Origin: Alphaproteobacteria bacterium
GTDB taxonomy: Bacteria > Pseudomonadota > Alphaproteobacteria > MPNO01 > UBA830
Direction: 5' to 3'
Assembly: GCA_965243135.1 (NCBI GenBank)
Contig: OZ251539.1
Span: forward strand, 5,824,001-5,888,000
Length of the DNA stretch: 64,000 nucleotides
In this document: one piece after another, positions 62,504 to 64,000 of the stretch
Layout: each line of letters opens with the position of its first letter
How positions within the stretch are numbered: the stretch's first letter is position 1
The notes under the pieces: model-generated
Told to the model about the DNA's origin: nothing
Databases searched by the model: none
Seen by the model: only the letters and a program-made list of their open reading frames with translations
Made by a program: the position numbers and the translations under genes

Positions 62504-63196
62504 TCAGGGAGCCTTGGCGTCGAGCGCGTAGCCGGCCGAGCGCACCGTGCGGATGACGTCCCGGCCGGAGTTCTCGTTGAGCGCCTTGCGCAGGCGGCGA
62601 ATGTGGACGTCGACGGTCCGCGCGTCGATGAATATCCCGTGGCCCCAGACCGAGTCGATCAGCTGGTTGCGGGAAAAGACCCGGCCCGGATGCTCCATGA
62701 AATGGCGCAGAAGGCGGAACTCGGTGGGTCCGAGGGAGACGGAACGGCCGCCGCGCAGCACCTTGTATTCGAGCAGGTTCATTTCGATGTCGCCGTAGGT
62801 CAGCCGCTCTTCCGCGAGCGCCGGACGGGCGCGGCGCAGCACCGCCCGGATGCGCGCGGCGAGTTCCTCGGGAGCGAAAGGCTTCGTCACGTAATCGTCG
62901 GCGCCGGTGTCGAGGCCGCGGATCCGGTCCGCGCCTTCGCCGCGCGCCGTGATCATGATGATCGGCAACTTGCGGGTTTCGGGCTTGCGCCGGAGCTGGC
63001 GGCATATCTCGATCCCGGACAGCCCGGGCAGCATCCAGTCCAGAAGCAGCAGGTCGACCGGCCTCTTCTCCAGGATCGTCAAGGCCTCCTCGCCGTTCGA
63101 CGCGGAGACCACCTCGAAGTCCCGGCGCTCCAGGTTGTAGCGGAGGAGTTCGACGAGCGCCGTTTCGTCCTCGACGATCAGGACGACGGGTTTCAT
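62504..63196 (-). CDS. phoB: Phosphate regulon response regulator
   Basis: LDWMLPGLSG, GADDYVTKPF, LGPTEFRLL, RTVDVHIRRLR. Confidence 0.95.
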   Translation of the reverse strand: MKPVVLIVEDETALVELLRYNLERRDFEVVSASNGEEALTILEKRPVDLLLLDWMLPGLSGIEICRQLRRKPETRKLPIIMITARGEGADRIRGLDTGADDYVTKPFAPEELAARIRAVLRRARPALAEERLTYGDIEMNLLEYKVLRGGRSVSLGPTEFRLLRHFMEHPGRVFSRNQLIDSVWGHGIFIDARTVDVHIRRLRKALNENSGRDVIRTVRSAGYALDAKAP

Positions 63197-63936
63197 GCGT
63201 CCTCCCCGCGCGCCGGGAGCGAAAGGTTCATGCCCTCGGGCCCCGCGCCCTTGGGCCGGGTCTCGCGCATGCGCTCGCCGTGAACGAGGAAATAGATCGT
63301 TTCCGCGACGTTCGTGACGTGGTCGCCGATGCGTTCGATGTTCTTGGCGATGAACAGCAGATGGGTGCAAAGCGAAATGCTGCGCGGGTCCTCCATCATG
63401 TAGGTCAGCGCTTCCCGGAAGAGGCTGGTGTAGACGTTGTCGAGCGTCTCGTCCGCGTGCCAGACGTCGAGCGCCTTGTCGACGTCGCGCGCGATGTAGG
63501 CGTCGAGCACTTCCTTGATCATCTGCTGCGCCATCCGGCTCATGCGCGGGATCGAATGGACGGGCGGCACCGGCGCCGCGCCCGCGAGCGTCACGGACCG
63601 TTTGGCGATGTTCGCCGCGTAGTCGCCGATGCGCTCCAGGTCGGAGGAAATCTTCAGCGCGGCGACGATGTGCCGCAGATCCTGCGCCATGGGCTGGCGC
63701 AGCGCCAGAAGCCGCATCGCGTGGGTGTCGATCGTGTAGTTGATGTCGTCGACGAGGTCGTCGTCGGCGATCACTCTCGAAGCGAGGTCGGGGTCGCGCC
63801 GGACGACCGCTTCGACCGCGCGCGCGATCTGGGCCTCGGTCAGCCCGCCCATCTTGATGATGTCGTTGTTGAGCTGCTCGAGTTCCTGATCGTAGGATTT
63901 GACGATGTGGTCGCCCGCCTGGTTGTTGCCCGTCAT
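63193..63936 (-). CDS. phoU: Phosphate signalling protein
   Basis: HIVKSYDQEL, LRQPMAQDLR, DLERIGD, NIERIGDH. Confidence 0.95.
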   Translation of the reverse strand: MTGNNQAGDHIVKSYDQELEQLNNDIIKMGGLTEAQIARAVEAVVRRDPDLASRVIADDDLVDDINYTIDTHAMRLLALRQPMAQDLRHIVAALKISSDLERIGDYAANIAKRSVTLAGAAPVPPVHSIPRMSRMAQQMIKEVLDAYIARDVDKALDVWHADETLDNVYTSLFREALTYMMEDPRSISLCTHLLFIAKNIERIGDHVTNVAETIYFLVHGERMRETRPKGAGPEGMNLSLPARGEDA

Positions 63937-63952
63937 GATCTCGTTCCGCTTG

Positions 63953-64000
63953 TCATCCGTAACGGCCGGTGATGTAGCCCTGCGTCCGTTCGTCGCCGGG
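63953..64000 (-). CDS. pstB: 3' end of phosphate ABC ATPase
   Basis: RTQGYITGRYG-stop directly upstream of phoU. Confidence 0.85.
   Translation of the reverse strand, partial: PGDERTQGYITGRYG

Overview
GC-rich bacterial window, most likely an alphaproteobacterium (etfBA-hbd, gluQ, coq7/dsbB, Tim44-fxsA, typA, ampG, phoUB, znuABC/zur, tRNA-Leu-CAA). Housekeeping and catabolic genes are interspersed with decayed accessory pockets: IS remnants and toxin-antitoxin pairs whose toxins are broken. The standout locus is 42.4-52.1 kb. A PLD-SNF2 helicase is translationally coupled to an Eco57I/Type IIG-like adenine methyltransferase, and the methyltransferase's C-terminal specificity (TRD) region sits in an apparently invertible 1.17-kb cassette. 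That cassette holds two different tail-to-tail TRD alleles, bounded by perfect 171-bp inverted repeats, with a nested in-frame 17-bp inverted repeat. An intact tyrosine recombinase lies next to it, separated only by a later IS256-type insertion with recognisable terminal IRs and a 9-bp target duplication. This looks like a specificity shufflon for a helicase-coupled Type IIG-like defence/epigenetic system. Family assignments are from motif recognition only; no searches were run.
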